From Acidimicrobiales bacterium (GTDB lineage: Bacteria > Actinomycetota > Acidimicrobiia > Acidimicrobiales > MedAcidi-G1), in contig JAERSW010000042.1 in NCBI GenBank assembly GCA_016845305.1, forward strand, positions 17,923-81,922: 64,000 nt of DNA, given 5' to 3'. A program made the translations under genes and the position numbers. The notes below the pieces were generated by a model. The model saw only the letters and a program-made list of their open reading frames with translations, was not told where the DNA came from and did no database searches. Positions 33,687-42,777 of this stretch are shown piece by piece; the stretch's first letter is position 1, and each line of letters begins with the position of its first letter.

Positions 33687-34619
33687 GTGAGCGAGGACGC
33701 GCCCCGACGACGTGGCCCCCTGACCCCCGACGGGTACCGCCGGATCTGCGGCGTGGCCCTCGGGCTGCTGGCCGGGATCGTGGTGTCGGGCGCCGCGGTG
33801 CGCCTGACCGGCTCGGGCCTCGGCTGCTCGGACTGGCCGACCTGCGAACAGGACCAGTTCGTCCCCGAGGCGAACCTCCACGGCTGGATCGAGTTCGGGA
33901 ACCGGCTGGTGACCGGGCTGGTGTCCCTTGCCGTGGTCGCCGCGGTGCTCGGATCGATGGCCCGGTGGCCGCGCCGGCGCGACCTGCTGCGCTGGTCGTG
34001 GGGCCTGGTCGGAGGCGTCGTCGGCCAGGTGGTCCTCGGTGGCCTGGTGGTGCTCAGCCACCTGAACCCGTGGCTGGTCCTCGGACACTTCGCCCTGTCG
34101 ATGGTGCTGGTGTGGAACGCGGTGGTGCTCCACCACCTGGCCGGGGACCACGCCCGTCCCCCCGTGGTCGTCCCCGACGTGGTCCGACGCCTCACCGGCG
34201 TGCTGTGGGGCCTGGCGGTCCTCGTCCTGGCCAGCGGCACCCTGGTGACCGGATCGGGACCGCACGCCGGCAGCCACGACGACCCCATCCCCCGCCTGCC
34301 GTTCACCGTCCTGGAGGCGGCCCGCGTCCACGGCACGAGCGTGGTCGTCCTGCTCGGCGTGGTCGCCGCCCTGGTGCTGGCCGTCCGGCGCCACGGGGCC
34401 GAAGCGTCGGTGCGTCGGGCCGTGGCGTGGCTGGTCGGGGTGGTCGCCGCGCAGGCCGCCATCGGATGGACCCAGTACTTCACCGGCGTGCCCGTCGTGC
34501 TCGTCGGCCTGCACGTGGCCGGCGCCACCGCGCTGTGGATGGTCGTCGTCCGGCTCCGGCTGGTGGCCGTCGACCGCCGGGGCCCCGCCGAGGCGCTGGT
34601 GGGAGGGCCTCCCTCGTGA
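33687..34619 (+). CDS. ctaA: heme A synthase (COX15/CtaA)
   Basis: GTG 33687: [53 protein letters not shown]...LGHFALSM... Confidence 0.9.
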   Translation: MSEDAPRRRGPLTPDGYRRICGVALGLLAGIVVSGAAVRLTGSGLGCSDWPTCEQDQFVPEANLHGWIEFGNRLVTGLVSLAVVAAVLGSMARWPRRRDLLRWSWGLVGGVVGQVVLGGLVVLSHLNPWLVLGHFALSMVLVWNAVVLHHLAGDHARPPVVVPDVVRRLTGVLWGLAVLVLASGTLVTGSGPHAGSHDDPIPRLPFTVLEAARVHGTSVVVLLGVVAALVLAVRRHGAEASVRRAVAWLVGVVAAQAAIGWTQYFTGVPVVLVGLHVAGATALWMVVVRLRLVAVDRRGPAEALVGGPPS

Positions 34620-34951
34620 GCCACCCGCCGACCCTCACGGACGCGCCCACCACCGACGCGCCCACCACCAACAGGCCCGACGTCGACCTCGGCACCGACG
34701 AGGACGTGGCGACCGACCGGCCGTGGATCGTGCTGGTGTGGAACGACCCCATCAACCTGATGTCGTACGTCTCGTTCGTCTTCCAGAAGCTCTTCGGCTA
34801 CTCGAAGGCCAAGGCCGACCGGTTGATGCTGGACGTCCACCACAAGGGCCGGGCCGTGGTGTCCGGCGGGACCCGGGAGAAGGCCGAGATGGACGTCTTC
34901 CGCCTCCACGAGCACGGCCTGTGGGCCACGCTGCAGCGGGAGGACCGGTGA
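34616..34951 (+). CDS. clpS: ATP-dependent Clp protease adaptor ClpS
   Basis: ...[76 protein letters not shown] 34616 overlaps the ctaA stop (GTGA). A later in-frame GTG start is possible. Confidence 0.88.
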   Translation: MSHPPTLTDAPTTDAPTTNRPDVDLGTDEDVATDRPWIVLVWNDPINLMSYVSFVFQKLFGYSKAKADRLMLDVHHKGRAVVSGGTREKAEMDVFRLHEHGLWATLQREDR

Positions 34952-35418
34952 TCCTGCGACGGCGGAAGGCCCTGGCCTTCCAGCGGGACGGCGAGCGGAC
35001 CGTCGTCCTCCTCGGCCCCGACGAACGCGACCTGATGGCCGACCTGGCCCGGCAGTTCCACGCCGTGGTGGCCGACGACGACGACCCCGCCCTGGCCCGC
35101 CTCTACCCGACCGCCTACGTGGACGACCGGGAGCGCCAGGACGACTACGCCTCGCTGGTCCACGACGACCTCGTTCGGACCCGCCTGGACGCCGCCGACG
35201 TGGTGCTGGCCACGGCTCACTCGGAGTCGCTGGATGATGACGAGCTGGCCTCGTGGATGCAGGTCCTGAACGGACTGCGCCTGCTCCTGGGCACCCGTCT
35301 GGACGTGTCCGAGGAGGACGGCTTCGACCCCGAGGCCCCGGACGCCCCTCAGCGGGCCCTCCTCGCCTGGCTGGGATTCCTCCTCGAGGAGACGGTCGGC
35401 GCGGCGTCCGACGGGTGA
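34948..35418 (+). CDS. DUF2017 domain-containing protein (usual clpS neighbour in actinobacteria)
   Basis: GTG 34948 overlaps the clpS stop: [37 protein letters not shown]...[13 protein letters not shown]... Confidence 0.75.
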   Translation: MILRRRKALAFQRDGERTVVLLGPDERDLMADLARQFHAVVADDDDPALARLYPTAYVDDRERQDDYASLVHDDLVRTRLDAADVVLATAHSESLDDDELASWMQVLNGLRLLLGTRLDVSEEDGFDPEAPDAPQRALLAWLGFLLEETVGAASDG

Positions 35419-35468
35419 CGCGACCCCGGGGGCCGCTGGTATCGTGACCCCGCTCTCAGCGAGGTCCG

Positions 35469-35541
35469 GCCCCCATCGTCCAGCGGCCTAGGACGCCTGC
35501 CTTTCACGCAGGTAACACGGGTTCGAATCCCGTTGGGGGTG
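35469..35541 (+). tRNA. tRNA-Glu (anticodon TTC)
   Basis: GCCCCCATCGTCCAGCGGCCTAGGACGCCTGCCTTTCACGCAGGTAACACGGGTTCGAATCCCGTTGGGGGTG. The anticodon loop is CTTTCAC. Confidence 0.92.
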
Positions 35542-35573
35542 CGAAGGACGTCCGGTTCCGATCGGACGACCGG

Positions 35574-35651
35574 GGTCCTGTGGTGCAGTTTGGAGTGCAC
35601 GCCGGCCTGTCAAGCCGGAGGTCGCGGGTTCAAATCCCGTCAGGACCGCCA
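35574..35651 (+). tRNA. tRNA-Asp (anticodon GTC)
   Basis: GGTCCTGTGGTGCAGTTTGGAGTGCACGCCGGCCTGTCAAGCCGGAGGTCGCGGGTTCAAATCCCGTCAGGACCGCCA. Acceptor arms GGTCCTG/CAGGACC pair. Confidence 0.93.
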
Positions 35652-35655
35652 CCGT

Positions 35656-35677
35656 CGCCCGCCCTCCGGGGCGGGCG
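35656..35677 (+). other. GC hairpin between tRNA-Asp and tRNA-Phe (processing or terminator-like)
   Basis: CGCCCGCCC-TCCG-GGGCGGGCG, a perfect 9-bp stem. Confidence 0.6.
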
Positions 35678-35683
35678 GTGCAC

Positions 35684-35759
35684 GGTCGGGTAGCTCAGTT
35701 GGCAGAGCGTCCGCCTGAAAAGCGGAAGGTCACCGGATCGACGCCGGTCCCGACCACCA
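35684..35759 (+). tRNA. tRNA-Phe (anticodon GAA)
   Basis: GGTCGGGTAGCTCAGTTGGCAGAGCGTCCGCCTGAAAAGCGGAAGGTCACCGGATCGACGCCGGTCCCGACCACCA. Confidence 0.94.
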
Positions 35760-35763
35760 CCGG

Positions 35764-35797
35764 AGGCCCGCCCATCAGGGCGGGCCTTTCCCGTTCC
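35764..35797 (+). terminator. terminator after the tRNA cluster (convergent with the minus-strand glycosylation operon)
   Basis: AGGCCCGCCC-ATCA-GGGCGGGCCT, a 10-bp stem followed by TTCCCGTTCC. Confidence 0.65.
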
Positions 35798-35803
35798 CGG
35801 CCC

Positions 35804-37063
35804 TCAGCCGAGGTCGTCGCACCCGAGGGTCACCGACCAACCCTCGGGGAGGATCGGCACCGCGGTCCGGGCGTTCACGTCGAGGTGGCACGCCTCTCGA
35901 GCCCGCTCCAACCCGTCACTCCAGGTCGGGCCCGTCCGACGTAGGTCGCTGGGAACCCAGTGCGTGAGGACCGCGGCCATGACGACGACCAGGACCACCA
36001 GCCGACCGACCCGCCGGCCCTCGGTCAGCATGAGCAGTGTCCACACGAGGCAGAAGGCGGGGAAGACCGCGTACCTGGGTTCCGACCCGACCATCCAGGA
36101 CGCGGCCAGGAAGAAGCCGACCCCGGTGACCGGCACCGCGAGGAGGACCAGCGCCCTGCGGTCGAGCCCCGCCCGATGCCAACGTGACCAGGTGGCCAGG
36201 AGTCCGAGACCGACCACGGCCACCACCATCAACGACACGAGTGCACGGACGACCAGTTCGCCCGTGACCGAGGACGCGTCAGCGCCGGAGATCCGAGGCC
36301 AGAACGGCAGGACGTTGTAGGCGACGACGCGCTCGAGGAACAGGAACCCGATCTTCGTCACCGACCGGTCGGGATCCATCTGGCGAGCGTCGTCCACCAG
36401 GGTGGCCATCATCACGAACTGCACGACGAGGCCGACGGCCCAGCCACAGATCACCGGCGCGGGCCGACCTCCCTCCCGTCGGTCGGACCACCAACGGGCG
36501 ACGGCCAGGGGCGCGAGGCCGAGGGCGATCGGTGACGTCAGCCCTGCCATCGCGGCGAGCAACGCGTCGTTGACCTGACGTGCGGTTCCGTCCTGCACGC
36601 CGACCAGCACGACGGCGGTCGCACAGAGCATGAGGAAGTGGAGGTTGGCGATGTTGCCGATGGATTCGAACCCGGTGATCGCGAGGAGGACGGGCGATAC
36701 CGCGAGCCCGGCGAGGAACCATCCGCTTCCGATCGAGCGGTCCGCCAACCAGATCGTCCCCGCGAACCAGCCCACGACCGACGCGCCACCCACGAACACG
36801 ATCGCCGGCGCCCACTCGATGGGCACCAGCGTCCCCAGGGTGCCCAGGAGGCGCGGCAGGAGGTGAAAGTAGCCGGCGACCGACTCGCCGAGGGGTGCGA
36901 ACCAACCGTCCTCGAGGGCATGGGCGAAGAACCGAGCCCCGTCCTCGGCCCAGAAGTTCCGCGGCCCGAACGGTGCGCGGGCCCAGACCACCAGGCCGGC
37001 CAGGAGTCCGATCAGGACCGCTCCCCGGGACGTCCTCGGGGAGCCGACCGAATCGGTGGACAT
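35804..37063 (-). CDS. polytopic membrane protein, putative GT-C-type glycosyltransferase
   Basis: ATG (cat 37061-37063) shares a base with the upstream stop. 419 aa with more than 10 predicted TM helices: MSTDSVGSPRTSRGAVLIGLLAGLVVWARAPFGPRNFWAEDGARFF.... Last gene of a sugar-activation operon. The function is inferred from context only. Confidence 0.5.
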   Translation of the reverse strand: MSTDSVGSPRTSRGAVLIGLLAGLVVWARAPFGPRNFWAEDGARFFAHALEDGWFAPLGESVAGYFHLLPRLLGTLGTLVPIEWAPAIVFVGGASVVGWFAGTIWLADRSIGSGWFLAGLAVSPVLLAITGFESIGNIANLHFLMLCATAVVLVGVQDGTARQVNDALLAAMAGLTSPIALGLAPLAVARWWSDRREGGRPAPVICGWAVGLVVQFVMMATLVDDARQMDPDRSVTKIGFLFLERVVAYNVLPFWPRISGADASSVTGELVVRALVSLMVVAVVGLGLLATWSRWHRAGLDRRALVLLAVPVTGVGFFLAASWMVGSEPRYAVFPAFCLVWTLLMLTEGRRVGRLVVLVVVMAAVLTHWVPSDLRRTGPTWSDGLERAREACHLDVNARTAVPILPEGWSVTLGCDDLG

Positions 37064-38112
37064 CACACGAGGCCGTCGTCGATGGCCTGCGCGATCCAGG
37101 GGACCAGCTCGTCGAGGACGCCCTCGATCGGCGTGTCGGCGGTGAAGCCGAGGACGTCGTTCGCCTTGGAGACGTCCGGCACACGCTGCTGGACGTCGTG
37201 GGGGAAGGGCTCGTCGTGCACGAACTCCAGCGGCCGATCGGGACCGTGGACGTGCCGCCAGATGATCTCGGCCAGCTCCCTGACCGTGGTCGACCGTGCC
37301 GTCGAGAGGTTGAAGTCCTCGTTGCGGGCGGCCGGGGCCTCGAGGGAGTCGACGATCCCCCTGGCCAGGTCGCCGCCATAGGTGTAGCACCGCACCTGGT
37401 CGCCCGAACCGAGGATGTGCAGGGGGTCCTGGCCCTTGAGGACCTTCTGGATCAGATCGGGGACCACGTGGCTCATGGCCAACGACACCGACCCGGACCG
37501 GACGTCGACGTCACCGAGGGCCCGGCGCTCGCCGACGCCCACGCAGTTGAAGGGCCGGAGGATCGTGTAGGGAACCCCGTACTGGTCCCATGCGGCCCGG
37601 GCGAAGTACTCGACGGCCAGCTTCTGGAAGCCGTATGACGAGATCGGTGGTGGGACGGCCAGCTCGTCGCCCTCGGCACTCGGCCACCGGTCGGTCGACT
37701 CGAAGACCATCGACGACGACAGGTAGGTCACCTTCTCGAGTCGCCCAGCGGCATGCGCGGCGATGGCGGCGTCGCAGGTACTGGCGATGATCCGCTCATT
37801 GGTGGCCAACAGGTCGTAGGCGTAGGTGTGGAAGTAGGTGATCCCACCGATCATCGCCGCGCCGGCGATCACGTGGTCGGCGTCCGAGAAGAGGTCCCGC
37901 AGCAGGTCGACGTCGCGGCAGTCGCCCTCGACCAGCCGGTAGTCGGGGTGGTCGTCGTACTCGTGCTCGACCGGCCCGTACTTGGAGAAGTCGTCGATGC
38001 CGGTCACCCGGTAACCGCGGCCCAGGAGTTCCTGGACGACGTAGCCGCCGATGAACCCCGCGGCTCCGGTCAGGACCACGTGTCGCTGGTCGGTCGTTCG
38101 ATCGTCGGTCAC
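37063..38112 (-). CDS. NAD-dependent epimerase/dehydratase (extended SDR)
   Basis: GTG 38110-38112 overlaps the upstream stop. VVLTGAAGFIGGYVVQELL...SSYGFQKLAVE (GxxGxxG and YxxxK). Confidence 0.88.
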   Translation of the reverse strand: MTDDRTTDQRHVVLTGAAGFIGGYVVQELLGRGYRVTGIDDFSKYGPVEHEYDDHPDYRLVEGDCRDVDLLRDLFSDADHVIAGAAMIGGITYFHTYAYDLLATNERIIASTCDAAIAAHAAGRLEKVTYLSSSMVFESTDRWPSAEGDELAVPPPISSYGFQKLAVEYFARAAWDQYGVPYTILRPFNCVGVGERRALGDVDVRSGSVSLAMSHVVPDLIQKVLKGQDPLHILGSGDQVRCYTYGGDLARGIVDSLEAPAARNEDFNLSTARSTTVRELAEIIWRHVHGPDRPLEFVHDEPFPHDVQQRVPDVSKANDVLGFTADTPIEGVLDELVPWIAQAIDDGLV

Positions 38113-38864
38113 TCGTCGCCTCCGTCGTGTCGGGGGGGCTCGGGCTTCGGCCGCCGCAGGAGCCCGAAGGCCACCAGGTACCAGCGCAGGTACCGCATGA
38201 GCCACCGGCGGACCTGGAAGTTGGACGAACCGAAGGACCGTTCGATCCAGATCGTCGGGATCTCGGCCACCGGGAGCCGGGCCCGTCTGGCCTTGGCGAC
38301 CAGCTCGATCCCCATCTCGAAGCCGTGTTCCGAGTCGATGCCGACCTCGTCGAGGAACTGCCGGTCGTACGCCTTGAAGCTGTTGGTGGCGTCGTGCGTG
38401 CCGACCCGGGCGAACCAGCAGAGCGTCAATCCGGCCACGCGCGACAGGAGGGACTTCAGGAAGGGAGCGCCGACCTGCTGACCGCCGGCCATGTACCGCG
38501 ACGCCGAGGCGATGACCACCCCACGGTCGATGAGCCGGACCAGGTCGTCGATGGCGCGCGGGTCGTCGCTGCCGTCGGCCATGGTGACGACCACGACGGG
38601 GGCCGCCGATGCCGACACCCCGTACCGGATGGCATTCGCCGGCCCGGGTCCGAGGTCGTTGACGACGATGCGGAATCGGGGATCGGTGGCATGGAGGCCG
38701 GCGACCACGGGATGGGTGGGGTCCGACTCGTCGTCGACGACCACGACGCACTCGAACGAGAGGGTCACCGCATCGGCGATGCGTTCCAGGACGCTCGTGA
38801 TCGCGCCGGCCTCGTCGCGGGCCGGGATGACGATGGAACAGGCGGGACCCGCGGCCTGGCTCAA
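38109..38864 (-). CDS. GT2-family glycosyltransferase (polyprenol-phosphate sugar synthase, Ppm/ArnC/GtrB-like)
   Basis: TTG 38862-38864 overlaps the upstream stop and GGAGG lies upstream. CSIVIPARDEAGAI...VVVVDDESDP...MADGSDDP.... Confidence 0.8.
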   Translation of the reverse strand: MSQAAGPACSIVIPARDEAGAITSVLERIADAVTLSFECVVVVDDESDPTHPVVAGLHATDPRFRIVVNDLGPGPANAIRYGVSASAAPVVVVTMADGSDDPRAIDDLVRLIDRGVVIASASRYMAGGQQVGAPFLKSLLSRVAGLTLCWFARVGTHDATNSFKAYDRQFLDEVGIDSEHGFEMGIELVAKARRARLPVAEIPTIWIERSFGSSNFQVRRWLMRYLRWYLVAFGLLRRPKPEPPRHDGGDE

Positions 38865-40039
38865 ATCAGGACGCCTCCGCCGGTCAGGTTCCACAGGTCG
38901 ACCACCGGCTGCCGGAATTCCAGGCCCCGGTAGGCGGTGTGCGGGGTGGCGATGACCACCAGGTCTGACTCGTCGAGGACCTTCTCCAGGGGGACGAGGC
39001 GTTCGTCGACCACGTGGGGATCGGTGCAGAGGACCTCCCGGGCACGGAAGAGGAGCAGCTTCCGGAGCTTGTAGCTGAGGCTGCTCCGACTGTCGTCGAT
39101 GTCGCCCTTGAACGCCATGCCGAGGATGCCCACCGTCATGCCCGAGAGGTCGTGGGACGCCTCGATCCGCTTGATGAGGTAGAGGGGGAGGCCCTCGTTG
39201 ACCATCATCGCCGCGTGGCCGAGCGCGAACGAGTTGTCGCTGAAGGCGGCCAGCTGCATGGTGTCCTTGAAGAGGCACGGCCCAGCGGCGAAGCCGGCAC
39301 CCGGCATGTCGGCCGCCCGGGGGTAGTCGGTGGTGATGGCCGACCGGACCCGCTCGAAGTCGACCCCGAACTCGTTGGCCATCATCCAGAACTGGTTGGC
39401 CGCCGCGAACTTCACGTACCGCCAGGTGTTCGTGAACAGCTTGGCCAGTTCCGCCTCCTCGGGAAGCACCCGGATCGACTCGACGCCGAACGTGTCGAAG
39501 AAGGCGACCACCCGGTCCGACACCTCGGCGGTCCTGGCCCCGACCAACTGGGGAAGCGAGACGATCTCGGTCAGGGCGAAGCCCTCGGCGATGCGCTCGG
39601 GACAGAAGGCCACGTCGACGCCCGGGTGGTTGTCGGCGAACCAGGCCTCCACCCTTCTGGTCACCCCGGGAAAGACGGTGGAGCGGAGGATGACCAGCTG
39701 GCCGGCACGGAACCGGTCGGAGATCTCCGCGAGGGCGACCAGCACGGCGCTGGGGTCGGGGTTGAGGTGCTCGTCCACCGGGGTCCCGATGACCACCACC
39801 ACGACCTCCGCGTCGGAGACCACCGCCGGGTCGGACGAGGCGCTGAACGCCCCCGAGAGGAGAACCTCGGCCAGGAGATCCGGGGCGCCATCCTCCAGGA
39901 ACGGCATCGACCCGCCGAGGACACGCTCGACGGCACCGGCGTCCGTGTCATAGGCGACCACCCGGTGGCCATGGTCGGCGAGGACCAGCCCGAGGGGAAG
40001 CCCGACGTGTCCCGCTCCACCGATGACCACCACGTCCAT
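38861..40039 (-). CDS. nucleotide-sugar dehydrogenase (UDP-glucose/GDP-mannose dehydrogenase family)
   Basis: MDVVVIGGAGHVGLPLGLVLADHGHRVVAYD...FCPERIAEG...GFAAGPCLFKD...GMAFKGDIDDSR. Confidence 0.88.
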   Translation of the reverse strand: MDVVVIGGAGHVGLPLGLVLADHGHRVVAYDTDAGAVERVLGGSMPFLEDGAPDLLAEVLLSGAFSASSDPAVVSDAEVVVVVIGTPVDEHLNPDPSAVLVALAEISDRFRAGQLVILRSTVFPGVTRRVEAWFADNHPGVDVAFCPERIAEGFALTEIVSLPQLVGARTAEVSDRVVAFFDTFGVESIRVLPEEAELAKLFTNTWRYVKFAAANQFWMMANEFGVDFERVRSAITTDYPRAADMPGAGFAAGPCLFKDTMQLAAFSDNSFALGHAAMMVNEGLPLYLIKRIEASHDLSGMTVGILGMAFKGDIDDSRSSLSYKLRKLLLFRAREVLCTDPHVVDERLVPLEKVLDESDLVVIATPHTAYRGLEFRQPVVDLWNLTGGGVLI

Positions 40040-40145
40040 GCGGCGACAGGCTAACGGCGGCGGCTCGGGCCGATCCGGGTTCCGGAGCGGCGATGGGAAA
40101 CGCCTACCGTCCGGTGGTGCCCCTCCCTCGGTCAGCCAGCGCGCC

Positions 40146-40955
40146 ATGAGCGACGATCCCCGGGTGCGGGTGGCGGCGGCCAACCTGCGCGACCTCGGCG
40201 GGCCGACCACCGTCGACGGGCGACGGGTCCGGACCGGTCGGCTGTTCCGTTCCGGGCACCTCGCCGAGTTGGCGCCCGACGAACGGGCGACGGTCGACGG
40301 CCTCGGGCTGCGGACCGTCGTCGACCTCCGTCGACCCACCGAGGCCGAGGCCCGACCGACCCCGGTGCTCGACGAGGTGGAGGTGATCGGCCTGTCGGTG
40401 TCGACCGACGACAACGAGTTCGCCGTGGCCGCCAACACGATGCTGGACCCCGACGCCGAACCCCACGGGATCGACCACATCGCCGCCTACTTCCGGCGAC
40501 TCGCCCACGACCGCGTCGACCGGTACCGCCCTGTGCTGGAGACCGTCACGGACCCCGACCGGCACCCCGTCCTCTTCCACTGCACGGCCGGCAAGGACCG
40601 CACCGGCGTGGTGGCCGCCGTCCTGCTGCGACTGCTCGGCGTACCCGACGATCAGATCGCAGCCGACTACCTGCTGTCCAACGAGGTCCGGCGACCGTGG
40701 ATCGAGGCCACCGAGGTCGACCACCGACGGCGGATCGCCGACCACCTCGGGGTCGCCGTCGACGAGGTACCGGCCGATCGGATGGGCACGTCTCGGGCCC
40801 TGCTGTGGTGCCACGCCACCTACCTCGAAGCCGTGTTCGCCGGGATCGACGAGCGGTGGGGCTCGTTCGACGCGTTCGTCCGCGACGGCCTCGGCCTGGA
40901 CGACCACCGGCTGGCCGCCTTCCGCGACGCACTCCTCACTCTCCGGGTCGCCTGA
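40146..40955 (+). CDS. protein-tyrosine phosphatase (Y_phosphatase3 family)
   Basis: Internal ATG 40146: MSDDPRVRVAAANLRDLGG...LFRSGHL...VVDLRR...LFHCTAGKDRTG (CX5R motif). Confidence 0.85.
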   Translation: MSDDPRVRVAAANLRDLGGPTTVDGRRVRTGRLFRSGHLAELAPDERATVDGLGLRTVVDLRRPTEAEARPTPVLDEVEVIGLSVSTDDNEFAVAANTMLDPDAEPHGIDHIAAYFRRLAHDRVDRYRPVLETVTDPDRHPVLFHCTAGKDRTGVVAAVLLRLLGVPDDQIAADYLLSNEVRRPWIEATEVDHRRRIADHLGVAVDEVPADRMGTSRALLWCHATYLEAVFAGIDERWGSFDAFVRDGLGLDDHRLAAFRDALLTLRVA

Positions 40956-41012
40956 GGGCGACGCCCCGGGCCTGTGGCAGGGTGGCCCTTCGACCGTCGA
41001 GGAGGCGAAGCG

Positions 41013-42725
41013 ATGTCCGACCCGTGGTTCATGGACGACGAACCATCCACGTCATTCCCCATCTACACGCGCGGCAACGTCGGCGAGGTCTTCCCCGACC
41101 CGGTCTCGCCGCTGACCGCGGACCACACCTGGCACGGCGCCGGCAACGAGGGCCTGCTCGGCTTCATGACCCGGTTCACCATCGACGCCGACGAGTACGA
41201 CCCCGGCCAGCGCACCATGTTCGAGGTCTTCGGCGGCTACATGTTCCTGAACCTCAGCGTGGCCCGCCTCATGGGCGCCCGCTCGTCGGCCATGACCCCC
41301 GAGCTCGTCGACCTCGGCTTCTTCGGCACCGGGACCACGCTGCCGCCCCACGTCCCCCGACCCAAGGACGACGACCCGGCGATCACGCAGCGGGTGGACG
41401 GGCTGATGTTCTCGTGGATGACGACCACCGAGGTCCCCGAGGTCGACGCCCAGGCCACCGAGGTCGACACCCTCGTCGCCGGCCGTCCCGACCTGTCCTC
41501 CGTCGACGAGGCCGCGCTCGTGGCACGCATGCGCGAGATGCCTCCCGTCTTCAGCCGCCTGTTCGCCACCCACTCGGAGGCCAGCGCCGCGGCCAGCGTG
41601 GTCATGGGTGCGCTGACCGTCGCCGCGCTCGGGGTGGGCCGCCCGGGCCTCGACCTCCGGATCGCCGGCGGCCTCGGCGGGGTGGCGTCGGCCGCGCCCA
41701 GCCACGACCTGTGGTCCCTCGGTCGCCTCGTGGCCGCCTCGCCGGAGCTGACCGCCGCCTTCGACGCCGGGATCGACGGGCTCGTCGACCGGCTGGCCGA
41801 CCTCGGCCCGGTCGCCGACGAGTTCCTGGCCGGCTTCGCCGCCTTCACCGCCACCCACGGCAGCCGAGGACCCAACGAGTGGGAGCTCCGGTCGAGGACA
41901 TGGGAGACCCACCCCGAGCTCCCGCTGTCGCTCGTCGACCGGATGCGACTGTCCCCCGACGGGGACGACCCCGTGGCCGCCCACGACGACGCCGTCGCCC
42001 GGTCCACCGAGGCCCTGGAACTCCTCGGCACGATGGTGGCCGGCAACGCCGAGGCCGAGGGGACGCTGGCCATCGCCGTGCCCGCCGCCCGGGCCTGGAT
42101 CCCGGCCCGGGAACAGTGCAAGACGACGATCGTGCGGGTCATCCACGAGGTGCGGCTCGCCGCCCTCGAGCTGGGCCGACGCCTCGCCGGTGACGGCCGC
42201 CTGGCCGACGCCGGCCACGTGTTCATGCTGCGCGACGCCGAGCTGGAGTCGGCGATGGCCGGTGGGATGGCCGACGAGGCCGCCGGACGCGAGGCCACCT
42301 ACCTCGGGCTGTTCGACCTGCAGCCGCCGTACTGGTTCGCCGGCGAGGTGCCCGCCTTCGGACGTCGTGCCGACGCCCCGCCGGCGGACGGACCGTCCAA
42401 GACGATGATCCAGGGCATGGGGGGCAGCGCCGGCACCGTCGAGGGCCGGGCCCGGGTGATCCTCGACCCGGCCGACGCCCTCGACCTGGAGCCCGGCGAG
42501 ATCCTCGTGGCGCCGATCACCGACCCGTCGTGGACGCCGCTGTTCGTCCCCGCGGCCGGCGTGGTCGTCGACGTGGGTGCGGTGATGAGCCACGCGGTCA
42601 TCGTCAGCCGGGAACTCGGCATCCCCTGTGTGGTGGCGGCCACCGGGGCCACCACCCGGATCCCCGACGGAGCACTCGTCCGGGTCAACGGCGACACCGG
42701 GACGGTCACCCTCCTCGACGCCTGA
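41013..42725 (+). CDS. PEP-utilising enzyme mobile-domain protein (PEP synthase/rifampicin phosphotransferase-like)
   Basis: ATG 41013 is preceded by GGAGG. The C-terminus GSAGTVEGRARVI...GEILVAPITDPSWTPLF...GAVMSHAVIVSRELGIPCVV is a swivelling phospho-His domain. Confidence 0.78.
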   Translation: MSDPWFMDDEPSTSFPIYTRGNVGEVFPDPVSPLTADHTWHGAGNEGLLGFMTRFTIDADEYDPGQRTMFEVFGGYMFLNLSVARLMGARSSAMTPELVDLGFFGTGTTLPPHVPRPKDDDPAITQRVDGLMFSWMTTTEVPEVDAQATEVDTLVAGRPDLSSVDEAALVARMREMPPVFSRLFATHSEASAAASVVMGALTVAALGVGRPGLDLRIAGGLGGVASAAPSHDLWSLGRLVAASPELTAAFDAGIDGLVDRLADLGPVADEFLAGFAAFTATHGSRGPNEWELRSRTWETHPELPLSLVDRMRLSPDGDDPVAAHDDAVARSTEALELLGTMVAGNAEAEGTLAIAVPAARAWIPAREQCKTTIVRVIHEVRLAALELGRRLAGDGRLADAGHVFMLRDAELESAMAGGMADEAAGREATYLGLFDLQPPYWFAGEVPAFGRRADAPPADGPSKTMIQGMGGSAGTVEGRARVILDPADALDLEPGEILVAPITDPSWTPLFVPAAGVVVDVGAVMSHAVIVSRELGIPCVVAATGATTRIPDGALVRVNGDTGTVTLLDA

Positions 42726-42777
42726 GCCGCCCGGCCTCGGGCGTCAGCGGGTGCCAGCCGGCGTCAGCGGGGTTCGG

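Noticed and set aside
35469-35759. Possibility that one gene in the tRNA cluster is tRNA-Sec, which would support the TGA-recoding hypothesis.
   Set aside because: The anticodon loops read TTC (Glu), GTC (Asp) and GAA (Phe). All have normal 7-bp acceptor stems and short variable arms, and none has a TCA anticodon. Sec machinery, if present, lies outside this window.
42740-42771. 12-bp direct repeat GGCGTCAGCGGG occurring twice, 20 bp apart, between convergent genes.
   Set aside because: It is short and GC-rich, has no hairpin potential of note, and recurs nowhere else in the window. It is most likely chance or a trivial duplication.
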